Assembly: GCA_021802485.1 (NCBI GenBank)
Contig: JAJZXF010000004.1
Location: 1,162 to 65,161 of the forward strand
DNA: 64,000 bases
Source of the DNA: Actinomycetes bacterium
GTDB lineage: Bacteria; Actinomycetota; Acidimicrobiia; Acidimicrobiales; JAJZXF01
Reading direction: 5' to 3'
Below are positions 18,117 to 26,221 of the stretch, piece by piece. The notes under the pieces are model-generated. The model was given only the letters and a program-made list of their open reading frames with translations, searched no databases and had not been told where the DNA came from. Each line of letters starts with the position of its first letter. Positions within the stretch are counted from its first letter, which is position 1. Position numbers and translations under genes: made by a program.

Positions 18117-19430
18117 TTACGGCATCGACACGAGTGCTTGGATGACCTGGCTCGAGGTGGCGACTACCTTGGTGTTTGCCTGGTAAGCCTCCTGGGCGAT
18201 GATCAGGTTTGTGAGCTGGCGGGCGAGGTTCACGTTGGATGTCTCGAGACTCCCGCCGATCAGTGTTCCCCTCCCGCCTGTTCCCGGCGGACCGAGAAGT
18301 GGCTGTCCCGAGTTCGGGCTCGCAGCGTAGTTGAGGCTGCCTACACTCGTCAGCCCACCCGGGTTCGCGAAGCTCGCGAGCGCGATCTGGCCGAGCCCGA
18401 GCGTCTCTCCGTTGGAGAAGGAACCTGTTATGACGCCGTCGTTTCCTATCGAGAATGACTGAAGCGTGCCTCCGGCGTTACCGTCCTGGCTGATTGCAGC
18501 AGCAGTGTTTTGGCCCGCGAACTGGGTTAGCGCGCCTCCGCTGCCCGGAGCAGGAAAGTCGATTTTCCAGATATCTCCGGCTGGGAAGGTGGAGTTCGAT
18601 GGCATATTGGTGACCGGCAGCGAGTAAGAGCCGTTGAGGTTCGGTGTTACGGTCACGCCGGTGTCGTTGTTCTTGATGCTAGCCAGCTGGCCTGTGGAGG
18701 TGTTGAACTGAACCGTCGCGGGGCTGTTCCACAGAGGCTTTGCCGCTCCTGGTATGGTGCCCTGTACCGTCCACTCGCCCGCGACCCCGCTGACCGGCGT
18801 AAAGGTCAGCGTTGTCGGCACCGCGTTCCCAAGGGAGTCGTACGCGTTGATTGTCGAGGTGATCGGGGTGATCGTGCCTGAGCCGCTCCACGCTGGAAGG
18901 TTTCCGCCCATCGTGATCTCAGTTGTCGCAGTTGCTGCGATCACTTCGCCGGTTGGAATGCCAATCGGCGAAGTCGGCGCATTGGTGACGATCGAGCCAG
19001 TGCTGTTTGCCTGCCAGCCCTCAACGATGCCGCCGGTTGGGGTGGCCAGCTCGCCATTTGCGTCCAGGACGAGGTTCCCTGCGCGGGTGTAATAGGTCTG
19101 ACCACCCTGCTTGACCACAAGAAAGCCGTTGCCTTGGATAGCGACGTCGGTTGGCACGTTTGTCTGCTCAATTGAACCTTGAGTGAAGTTCGTGTTTACT
19201 GCCCCAATGCGCACTCCAGAGCCGATGGACATGGGATTTACGCCAGCGCCTACAGCCGGCCCGCCTGGAGCAGCTGCACCAGTTACAAGCTGAGTCAGAA
19301 GATCGACAAAGTCGGCACTTGCCGACTTGAAGCCGACCGTATTCACATTCGCGATGTTATTGCCAATGGTGTTGAGATATGTCTGGTTTGCGTTGATGCC
19401 AGATACGGCTGCGAGGATTGATCGGTCCAT
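18117..19430 (-). CDS. flgE: Flagellar hook protein FlgE
   Basis: 437 aa. N-terminus MDRSILAAVSGINANQTYLNTIGNNIANVNTVGFK. C-terminus ...SLETSNVNLARQLTNLIIAQEAYQANTKVVATSSQVIQALVSM. Confidence 0.93.
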   Translation of the reverse strand: MDRSILAAVSGINANQTYLNTIGNNIANVNTVGFKSASADFVDLLTQLVTGAAAPGGPAVGAGVNPMSIGSGVRIGAVNTNFTQGSIEQTNVPTDVAIQGNGFLVVKQGGQTYYTRAGNLVLDANGELATPTGGIVEGWQANSTGSIVTNAPTSPIGIPTGEVIAATATTEITMGGNLPAWSGSGTITPITSTINAYDSLGNAVPTTLTFTPVSGVAGEWTVQGTIPGAAKPLWNSPATVQFNTSTGQLASIKNNDTGVTVTPNLNGSYSLPVTNMPSNSTFPAGDIWKIDFPAPGSGGALTQFAGQNTAAAISQDGNAGGTLQSFSIGNDGVITGSFSNGETLGLGQIALASFANPGGLTSVGSLNYAASPNSGQPLLGPPGTGGRGTLIGGSLETSNVNLARQLTNLIIAQEAYQANTKVVATSSQVIQALVSMP

Positions 19431-19540
19431 TTAAAGGTCTCCTTTGATATCTCTAAGTAATCGTAAGACTGCGCCTTGAGGTTTAGTTCTTTTCTGAAAT
19501 AGTTGAGACGTGAATAGCTTATAAAGTTGTTGGTGGAAAG

Positions 19541-19978
19541 TCAGGTAATAGTTGAAATACTGCTTAGTGGAACCTGGGTGCTGCCGACCGTCAGGAGTGG
19601 GCTGCCCGAGCCGGTCATATCTACCGCAGTTACAGTGCCCTGGATCGTGCTCCCACTCGACGAACGCGCTGTAACCTGCTTGCCAATTAGACTGGCGGAA
19701 GAGAGCATATTTACAGCTGACACCTGTCGCGTCATCTGCGCGCTCATGGAGGTTATCTGGGTGCTCATTGACTGGATTGCCTCTACCTCGCTCAGCTGTG
19801 CTGTTTGTGAAAGGAACTGCGTGCCTGAAGTCGGATTGAGCGGGTTCTGATATTTCAACTGAGCGACAAGCAATTGAAGAAATGTATTCGGGTTTATAAG
19901 GCTTTGAAGGCCATTTGCCTGACCAGTCGCCGGTGAGGAGGTACTAGCTGATGCTCCGATAGCTCCGATTGAGGTCAT
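19541..19978 (-). CDS. flgD: Flagellar hook capping protein FlgD
   Basis: 145 aa. ...NPNTFLQLLVAQLKYQNPLNPTSGTQFLSQTAQLSEVE... is the FlgD signature. Confidence 0.9.
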   Translation of the reverse strand: MTSIGAIGASASTSSPATGQANGLQSLINPNTFLQLLVAQLKYQNPLNPTSGTQFLSQTAQLSEVEAIQSMSTQITSMSAQMTRQVSAVNMLSSASLIGKQVTARSSSGSTIQGTVTAVDMTGSGSPLLTVGSTQVPLSSISTIT

Positions 19979-20026
19979 TATGGCTCCTATGTGGGTGGTC
20001 TATGGTCTCGGATATATGACTAGTTG

Positions 20027-21556
20027 CTATAGTGTAATGTCTACTAAATTGGTTGCGGCTAAGACGTGCTGTAGTTCCATGCCAGCTTGCGTGTCTTGCA
20101 CACGTCGATCTGTTGTTTGTTGTGGTGGTGTCGATCCGCGATTTCCGAACGATCTGCCTTGGAGGTCGTGGTGGCCCATGAGTTCGACCTGCGCATGATC
20201 GGGTTGGCTGGCAAGCGAGGAGATCTCATTGTGCAGACGGCCTAATGCCTGCTCGATGGCGGTGTGCGTCGCGTCGTTGTATGCGTAGAGGCGGACGGCC
20301 ATCTGCGTGTTTCGGGATACGAGCGAGGCTCGTATGACACCGAGGCCAGGTTCTTCGAGGCGTAGTGCTATCCGTGTGGATCCGTCGCCGGTGCTCGTCA
20401 TTGGCTGGGTGACGCTTAGCCACTGCGGTGGCTGGGCGGTTCCGGCTGGGTCGGTTGGCGTCTCGGGTGGGGTTGGGGTCGAGGTGGGTTGCGATGGCGT
20501 TTGTCGCGCCATGGATTGCGTTCCGGGCTGGGTGGACGCTGTCGTTGGTGCGAGCGTGGGCTGCCCGGGATGCGTCGTGGTTTGCGGGGAGGGTGGTTGT
20601 GGAACGGGTTGCGCCCCAGCTTGAGTTGAAGCCGTCTTTGCTTGTACCGCAGTGAGCTTCGCTGTCAACTGCGTGGCATGAGGGGATACGGTTTCGTTGG
20701 TGCCAGCGCGAAGGGTGCCAGACGGTGTGCTGGTGGGGAGTTGCTGCGCTCGGGGTTGCGCCTGGCTTGTTGGCGGTGCTGCGGAGCTCGTGGGCTGTGG
20801 CTTTGGCGGGGTGAGGAGCGCTTGGGGCTTGTCGCCTACGCAAGGACGTGAAGCCTGCGTCGCTGTTGTCTGGGGAGCATCATTACCAGAACCACTTGGG
20901 ATGCTTTGAGGCGCAATCGGTGAAGCCTGCGTCTGTGTTGGCTGTGATGCACCATTACTAGAACCACTTGGGATGCTCTGAGGTGCAATCGGTGAAGCCT
21001 GCATCTGTGTTGGCTGGGGTGCACCTGGGCCCGCCGTTTCTGTTACCGGCGGTGTTTGGACAGCACCAGGTTGGGGTTCTCGTGCGGTGTTAGCTGTTGC
21101 AGGTGGAACAGGCGTCTGTGTCGCGGACGTAAGGCCGGGAAGCTCTGCCTTTGACTGAGGACCCTGTGGTGACTGAGAACCCTGCGTGCTTGGGAGCTCG
21201 TCGTGTAACGCTGGCGCATTCCCCTCGCGTGAGCTGATGTTTGCCAGCTCGGCGGGACCACTACCGGCTTGGCTTGCTATGGCATTCTGGCTTCGACTTG
21301 CAGAGGAAGCGCTGGGGGCAACTGTAATAGCCTGTGCGGCAGCTGCGAATGTTGCGAAAGACTCTCGGGTGGGCCTGTGGTCAGCTGTTGGGTGAGCGCG
21401 AGCTCGGCGGTTGGCGGAGGTCGTAGGTGTCGGCACACTCCGACTCGTAGCGTTCTTCGGTGCGATCCTCGTACCATGGGAAGTCAGCTGCGCTGCTTGC
21501 CGGCTTACTGCGGGTTTGGGCTGGGCGGAGCAGCAGGGGGGGAGCGGCACGCTCAT
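20027..21556 (-). CDS. fliK: Flagellar hook-length control protein FliK
   Basis: 509 aa. Pro/Gln/Thr-rich ruler region followed by a C-terminal Flg_hook-like domain (RIALRLEEPGLGVIRASLVSRNTQMAVRLYAYNDATHTAIEQALGRLHNEI). The ATG overlaps the stop of the upstream hydrolase gene (ATGA). Confidence 0.8.
   Translation of the reverse strand: MSVPLPPCCSAQPKPAVSRQAAQLTSHGTRIAPKNATSRSVPTPTTSANRRARAHPTADHRPTRESFATFAAAAQAITVAPSASSASRSQNAIASQAGSGPAELANISSREGNAPALHDELPSTQGSQSPQGPQSKAELPGLTSATQTPVPPATANTAREPQPGAVQTPPVTETAGPGAPQPTQMQASPIAPQSIPSGSSNGASQPTQTQASPIAPQSIPSGSGNDAPQTTATQASRPCVGDKPQALLTPPKPQPTSSAAPPTSQAQPRAQQLPTSTPSGTLRAGTNETVSPHATQLTAKLTAVQAKTASTQAGAQPVPQPPSPQTTTHPGQPTLAPTTASTQPGTQSMARQTPSQPTSTPTPPETPTDPAGTAQPPQWLSVTQPMTSTGDGSTRIALRLEEPGLGVIRASLVSRNTQMAVRLYAYNDATHTAIEQALGRLHNEISSLASQPDHAQVELMGHHDLQGRSFGNRGSTPPQQTTDRRVQDTQAGMELQHVLAATNLVDITL
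20848..21024. repeat. 72-bp (24-codon) tandem repeat inside the fliK ruler region, about 2.4 copies
   Basis: 20881-20952 and 20953-21024 are near-identical (QPTQMQASPIAPQSIPSGSSNGAS / QPTQTQASPIAPQSIPSGSGNDAP). 20848-20880 is a partial, diverged third copy. Confidence 0.85.
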
Positions 21557-22653
21557 GCGCTTGTCCCCTGCTGGTAGCCTGCGTAGGCCATCACTGTCTG
21601 TACGTAGTTCTGGGTCTGGGTGTACGGGGGGATGCCCCCATAGCGCTGAACAGCACCGGGACCTGCGTTGTAGGCGGCTAGAGCCAGCGGGATCGAGCCG
21701 AACTGGTGGATGTAGCTGGCGAGGAGTTGAGCTGCGGCGTTGATTGCCTGTGCAGGGTTGAAGGGATCAACGCCGAGGCCGGCCGCAGTCCCGGGCATTA
21801 GCTGCATGATCCCCTCCGCTCCCGCGGAGCTCACCGCATTGGGGTTGTAGCCCGATTCAGCTCTCGCTACTGCAGCAAGGAGCTGGGGTGGGACGCCTGA
21901 TTGGCTGCTTGCTGAGAGGAACAACGGGGCGAGGTTCGCCGGGATGGACCCGAGCCCCGAAGTGCTTGGAGTAGACGACCCCCCTGAGGTCACCAACGCG
22001 CTAGGAGTTCCGTAGGATCCAGCGGTCTGAGCGGCGGTCGTTGTCGGTAGCACCCTGCGTATCTCGCATGGGGTTCCCACCGCCTGGATTTGTACAACCG
22101 TCCCAGTGTAGGGCGCGTCAATCATTTCCCCGTTTCCTATGTAGATCCCGACATGGCCCGGCCCACCGGGTCCTGGTTCGAAGAAGACGAGATCCCCGGG
22201 TTGTGCCGCAGCAAGGCTCGAGACCGGGGTACCGATAGTTGCTTGCTGCTCGCTCGTTCTGGGAAGTGCGATCCCGAGGTTCTGGTAGACGTGCTGGACC
22301 AGCCCTGAGCAGTCGAAACCGGTAGCCCGGCTGGTGCCTCCCCAGGTGTAGCGGACCCCGAGGTAGCGCTCCGCCTCGGTGACGACCTCGTTTCCGGTCG
22401 GCGATGATGGTTGCGAAAGCGTTGTCGAAGCGACGCTCGAAGTGGATCCGGTGGAACCCGAAAAGGTGTCGATCAAAGCGGCGAAGCTCGCCTGGCTCGA
22501 CTCGCTTGCCGGCGGAGCTGCGAGGCGGCTGAGCTCGGAGAACCCGGCCTTGATCGTCCCGATCGTGGTCTGGAAGCTAGCGACGCCGACAGGGAAGGAT
22601 GTGTCAGAACCGACGGATGATGGTGTTGTGACCACGCTGATCACGTTGCTCAT
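21553..22653 (-). CDS. Bifunctional peptidoglycan hydrolase: NlpC/P60 endopeptidase domain plus lytic transglycosylase (SLT) domain
   Basis: The ATG at 22653 overlaps the fliJ stop (ATGA). The NlpC/P60 motifs are RYTWGGTSRATGFDCSGLV...GHVGIYIGNGEMIDAP. The SLT motifs are ARAESGYNPNAVSSAGAEGIMQLMPGTA...AAYNAGPGAV. The N-terminal 110 aa are Ser/Thr-rich with no obvious Sec signal. The 103 extra codons of the track ORF (to 22962) overlap fliJ and were discarded. Confidence 0.85.
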   Translation of the reverse strand: MSNVISVVTTPSSVGSDTSFPVGVASFQTTIGTIKAGFSELSRLAAPPASESSQASFAALIDTFSGSTGSTSSVASTTLSQPSSPTGNEVVTEAERYLGVRYTWGGTSRATGFDCSGLVQHVYQNLGIALPRTSEQQATIGTPVSSLAAAQPGDLVFFEPGPGGPGHVGIYIGNGEMIDAPYTGTVVQIQAVGTPCEIRRVLPTTTAAQTAGSYGTPSALVTSGGSSTPSTSGLGSIPANLAPLFLSASSQSGVPPQLLAAVARAESGYNPNAVSSAGAEGIMQLMPGTAAGLGVDPFNPAQAINAAAQLLASYIHQFGSIPLALAAYNAGPGAVQRYGGIPPYTQTQNYVQTVMAYAGYQQGTSA

Positions 22654-23114
22654 CGAACGCCTCCGCTGGCGGGCGGGGATGAAGCTGCGGATCTCGTTTG
22701 CCAGCGAGTGTTGACGATGTCGTCCACCTCGAGCGCAGCACCCCGATCGAGAGCCAGGCGATGGTCCTCCTTGAGCCTGCTGTCCAGCCTGTCCAGCGCA
22801 GAGACGTTGCGTGCTGCGAGCGACCACTTCTCCATAGCGGCCTCCCTGTCCGCTGCCGTTTGGGCAAGATGCTGCGCGGCTGCGTGCACGCATGAGGCCG
22901 ACAGCTGCCTGCGGGCCTGAGCCTCGGACAGCTGAGGCAGGTCGTAGGGACCGAGCGGCCATGACAGACCTAGATAGGAACTCTCGCGCTCACGGTGTTC
23001 GTCGCCAGCTTTGGTGTGGGCGCGGTTTGCCTCGGCAAGCCTCGCGATTGCCGTACGCTCTTGAGCGCAGCGTACCCGACGCAATGTCTCGAGTGGGAAG
23101 CGGTAGCGTCTCAT
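22650..23114 (-). CDS. fliJ: Flagellar export chaperone/stalk protein FliJ
   Basis: The ATG at 23114 overlaps the fliI stop (ATGA). The 154-aa coiled-coil protein starts MRRYRFPLETLRRVRCAQERTAIARLAEANRA. Position and pattern fit FliJ. Confidence 0.7.
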   Translation of the reverse strand: MRRYRFPLETLRRVRCAQERTAIARLAEANRAHTKAGDEHRERESSYLGLSWPLGPYDLPQLSEAQARRQLSASCVHAAAQHLAQTAADREAAMEKWSLAARNVSALDRLDSRLKEDHRLALDRGAALEVDDIVNTRWQTRSAASSPPASGGVR

Positions 23115-24418
23115 CCCGCGCTCACAAGCCTCTCCAGGTATTCCCAAGACTCTCCAAGTGCTGAAGTCTCCGAGATGTCCTGTCTGCAGAAGGCGTCGAT
23201 GAACGATTTCAGCGCTATCGCGCGGTCGACCTCGGGATCGTTGCCAGCAGTGTAGGCGCCGATCTCGATGATGTCCTTTGCCTCTCTGTAGGCAGCAAGC
23301 AGCGCCCGGAGCTGGCGGGCGCTATCGCGCTGTTCCGGGTTGGTGATCGCACGCTCTAGCCGCGAGACGGATTCGAGGATCTCAATGCTCGGGTAGTGTC
23401 CGGAGGTCGCGAGCCGCCTGGAGAGAACTATGTGACCGTCGAGTATCGCCCTCGTGGTATCGGCTATGGGCTCGTTCATGTCGTCGCCTTCGACGAGGAT
23501 CGTGTAAAGGCCCGTAATGCTGCCCGTCTCTGAGCTACCGGCCCGCTCGAGCAGCCTGGGCAGTATGCCGAATACAGATGGTGGGTAGCCTCTCGTAGCT
23601 GGAGGCTCGCCTGCTGAGAGCCCGATCTCTCGCTGGGCCATTGCAAACCTGGTGAGGCTGTCCATCATTAACAGGACGTCTTTGCCCTGGTCCCTGAACC
23701 ACTCGGCAATCCGCGTGGCTACGAACGCTGCTCTCACGCGCACTGCTGCCGGTTCGTCCGAGGTCGCAACTACAACCACACAGCGGGCAAGGCCTTCGGC
23801 GCCGAGATCGTTGTGAATGAACTCGCTCACCTCACGCCCGCGCTCGCCGACCAAGGCGAGGACCGTCACGTCAGCTCTCGTCCCGCGAGCGATCATCGAT
23901 AGCAGGCTGGACTTGCCGACACCAGAGCCAGCGAAGATGCCGAGCCGCTGCCCTTTGCCACAAGGAACAAGGGTGTCGATCGCCCTGACGCCAAGCGCAA
24001 GCTGCTCGGTGATCGGCTTGCGTCGCAGCGGGTCAGGCGAGCTGGCTGCGACGCTCGCGCGCTCTACGCCTTCGAGCGGGGGACCACCGTCAATGACCTG
24101 GCCGAGGCCACCGAGAACCCGTCCGAGAAGGCTCGGACCGACATCGAGGCCGAGGGGTCTCCCAGCGGTTTCGACCGGGGCGCCGAAGTGAATCCCATCC
24201 AAGTTGCCATACGGCATGCAGGTGAGGCTGGTGCCGGATACCGCTACCACCTCTAGGTCGATCTTGTTGGCTCCTGCATGCAGCGTTGCTGTGTCGCCAA
24301 CCGCGGCCTGAACGCCCTCTACCTCTACGTGAAGGCCGAGCACCCTGCGAACGCGGCCCACGCGTCGCGGCGCAGCGGCTTGCATCGCTGCTTCGGTCAC
24401 GTCGACCGGGATGCTCAC
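23111..24418 (-). CDS. fliI: Flagellum-specific ATPase FliI
   Basis: 435 aa. Walker A GIFAGSGVGKSSLL, Walker B VLLMMDSLTRFA, F1/T3SS-ATPase fold motifs. Confidence 0.97.
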   Translation of the reverse strand: MSIPVDVTEAAMQAAAPRRVGRVRRVLGLHVEVEGVQAAVGDTATLHAGANKIDLEVVAVSGTSLTCMPYGNLDGIHFGAPVETAGRPLGLDVGPSLLGRVLGGLGQVIDGGPPLEGVERASVAASSPDPLRRKPITEQLALGVRAIDTLVPCGKGQRLGIFAGSGVGKSSLLSMIARGTRADVTVLALVGERGREVSEFIHNDLGAEGLARCVVVVATSDEPAAVRVRAAFVATRIAEWFRDQGKDVLLMMDSLTRFAMAQREIGLSAGEPPATRGYPPSVFGILPRLLERAGSSETGSITGLYTILVEGDDMNEPIADTTRAILDGHIVLSRRLATSGHYPSIEILESVSRLERAITNPEQRDSARQLRALLAAYREAKDIIEIGAYTAGNDPEVDRAIALKSFIDAFCRQDISETSALGESWEYLERLVSAG

Positions 24419-25221
24419 TGCTCAGCTCCGCTTAGCTCACCCGGATGGGATGTTCCGCTAGTCGCTGGTTCTGGCGTTCGAGCGGTCCATCGTGTTCCAG
24501 CCGATTGGAGCACGATACGAACTCGTTCAAGCGCGGACCCCATCTGTGCATCGATGTGACATGGACCTGCGTCCAGAGTGCACCCGCTCCGCTCGACCGC
24601 TGGATCGGCGATGATGGTGACGGCTCGCGTCTCACTCTTTGTCTCGAGGGGATCCAGCTCGGCGAGCGTTGACGCGTCATCCGGGTGCACGTGTATACGC
24701 AGTGGCTCGTCGCAGGGCGCAAGCGCAAGGGCGCGTGCGATCGAGTCCATCCCGGGATCCTTGGAGAGCTCGAGCTCCCGGCCGACAAGGATCTCGGTCA
24801 GGCGGAAAGAGAACTCGGTGATGTCTGCTGTAGCGACCCGAGCAGCCTCGACGCGAGCTTTCATCACGGAGATAGCGGCATCCTCTAAGGCCTTGACTGC
24901 TCTGTCGATACGCTCGCTGAGCTCTTGCGACATTCGCGCGATCTCACTTGCGACCTTTTCAGCAGCTTCAGTTGATGCTTGAGTGAGCCCGTCTTGGTAG
25001 CCAGTTGCGTACGCCTCCTCGAGCAGGCCCGAGAATCCGTAGTTCGCAAGAGCTGGCTTGTCGCCTTCTTGCTTGGCGCGTTGCTCTCGCGTTTCCACCA
25101 AATCCCGGGCGCTCGTTGGGAGCCTCACCGCTAGGGTGACGGGCTGGGCCGCGTGGGCATCAGCGCCCTTTAGAACGCAAGGCCGGGTTCCCCCGGGGTG
25201 CTTACTCCACCAGCTCGTCAT
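24415..25221 (-). CDS. fliH: Flagellar assembly protein FliH
   Basis: 268 aa. ...EEAYATGYQDGL..., a coiled-coil region, then LRIHVHPDDASTLAEL...TIIADPAVERSGCTLDAGPCHIDAQMGSALERV, which is the FliH/YscL pattern. Sits between fliG and fliI. Confidence 0.7.
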   Translation of the reverse strand: MTSWWSKHPGGTRPCVLKGADAHAAQPVTLAVRLPTSARDLVETREQRAKQEGDKPALANYGFSGLLEEAYATGYQDGLTQASTEAAEKVASEIARMSQELSERIDRAVKALEDAAISVMKARVEAARVATADITEFSFRLTEILVGRELELSKDPGMDSIARALALAPCDEPLRIHVHPDDASTLAELDPLETKSETRAVTIIADPAVERSGCTLDAGPCHIDAQMGSALERVRIVLQSAGTRWTARTPEPATSGTSHPGELSGAEQ

Positions 25222-26221
25222 TTGCCCTCACAAGGACTATCTCTCCCGCAGCTTCGAGCTCGCGGACTCTCTTCACGAGTTCAGCTTGCGCTGCCTCTAC
25301 GGTCTCTACCCTGGTTGGACCGAGGACGTCCATCTCCTCTTCGAGGTCCGCGGCGGCCCGCTCGGACAGGTTGCGGGTGAACTTCTCTCTCACATCCCCC
25401 GAGGTTCCCTTGAGCGCGATCGCAAGATCCCGTGGTGCAATGTTCCGGAGGACCTTTTGAAGCGAACGATCATCGAGCGCGATTATGTCGTCGAAGACGA
25501 ACAGGAGGTTTCTGACCTCCTCCGCAAGTTCGGGGTCGGTCTGCTCCAGTGTGGTCAGGACCTGCTTTTCCGAGGAGCGGTCAGCGTAGTTCAAGATGTC
25601 GACGAGCGACTTCACGCCGCCGCTCGCGTTATTGCGGTTCTCGAACAGCACTGAAAGCTTCTCAGCGAGTACCTCTGCGGTGTCCCGCAGGACATCCGGC
25701 GAGGTGCGCTTTGTGGTCGCTATCCTGCGGGCTATGTCCGCGCGCAGCTCCTCTGTGATCTGATCGAGCACCGCTGCGCCGTCCCTTGCCGGCAGGTGGG
25801 CAAGGACGGTCGCTACCGTCTGCGGGTGCTCCTCGGCGAGGAAGGTGGCTATCTGCTGTGGATCTATCGAGTCAAGGAAGTTGAACGGTCCCCGTGGGTC
25901 CTGCTTCTCGAGGCTGCGAAGTACCTCGTCCGCACGCTGGGCACCCATGCGAGCCTGGAGGATCTTGCGGGCTGCGTCGAAGCCCCCTTGACCCACCGAG
26001 TGCAGTGCAGCGAGTGTGCGGACGAAGTCGCCGACGAGGTCTGTGACGACGCTATGGTCGAGGGGTGGGAGCTTAGCCAGCGCGGCCATGAGGTCCACCA
26101 CCTCGACATCGCTCATCGATTTCATGATGTTAGCGACCTGATCCTCGTTCATCTGGGCCAGCATCGCGGCCGCCTTCTGGCGTCCGTTCAGGGCGCGGAT
26201 GCTGTTGACTCCCTCGCTCAT
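25202..26221 (-). CDS. fliG: Flagellar motor switch protein FliG
   Basis: 339 aa. ...LNGRQKAAAMLAQMNEDQVANIMKSM..., ...LFVFDDIIALDDRSLQKVLRNI..., ...MDVLGPTRVETVEAAQAELVKRVRELEAAGEI. Confidence 0.95.
   Translation of the reverse strand: MSEGVNSIRALNGRQKAAAMLAQMNEDQVANIMKSMSDVEVVDLMAALAKLPPLDHSVVTDLVGDFVRTLAALHSVGQGGFDAARKILQARMGAQRADEVLRSLEKQDPRGPFNFLDSIDPQQIATFLAEEHPQTVATVLAHLPARDGAAVLDQITEELRADIARRIATTKRTSPDVLRDTAEVLAEKLSVLFENRNNASGGVKSLVDILNYADRSSEKQVLTTLEQTDPELAEEVRNLLFVFDDIIALDDRSLQKVLRNIAPRDLAIALKGTSGDVREKFTRNLSERAAADLEEEMDVLGPTRVETVEAAQAELVKRVRELEAAGEIVLVRANDELVE

Noticed and set aside
22654-22962. N-terminal 103-codon extension of the hydrolase ORF (track call 21553-22962).
   Set aside because: The extension overlaps fliJ in another frame and has Arg/Gly/Ala-rich junk composition. 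An ATG at 22653 forms an ATGA overlap with the fliJ stop, and this coupling pattern recurs across the operon.
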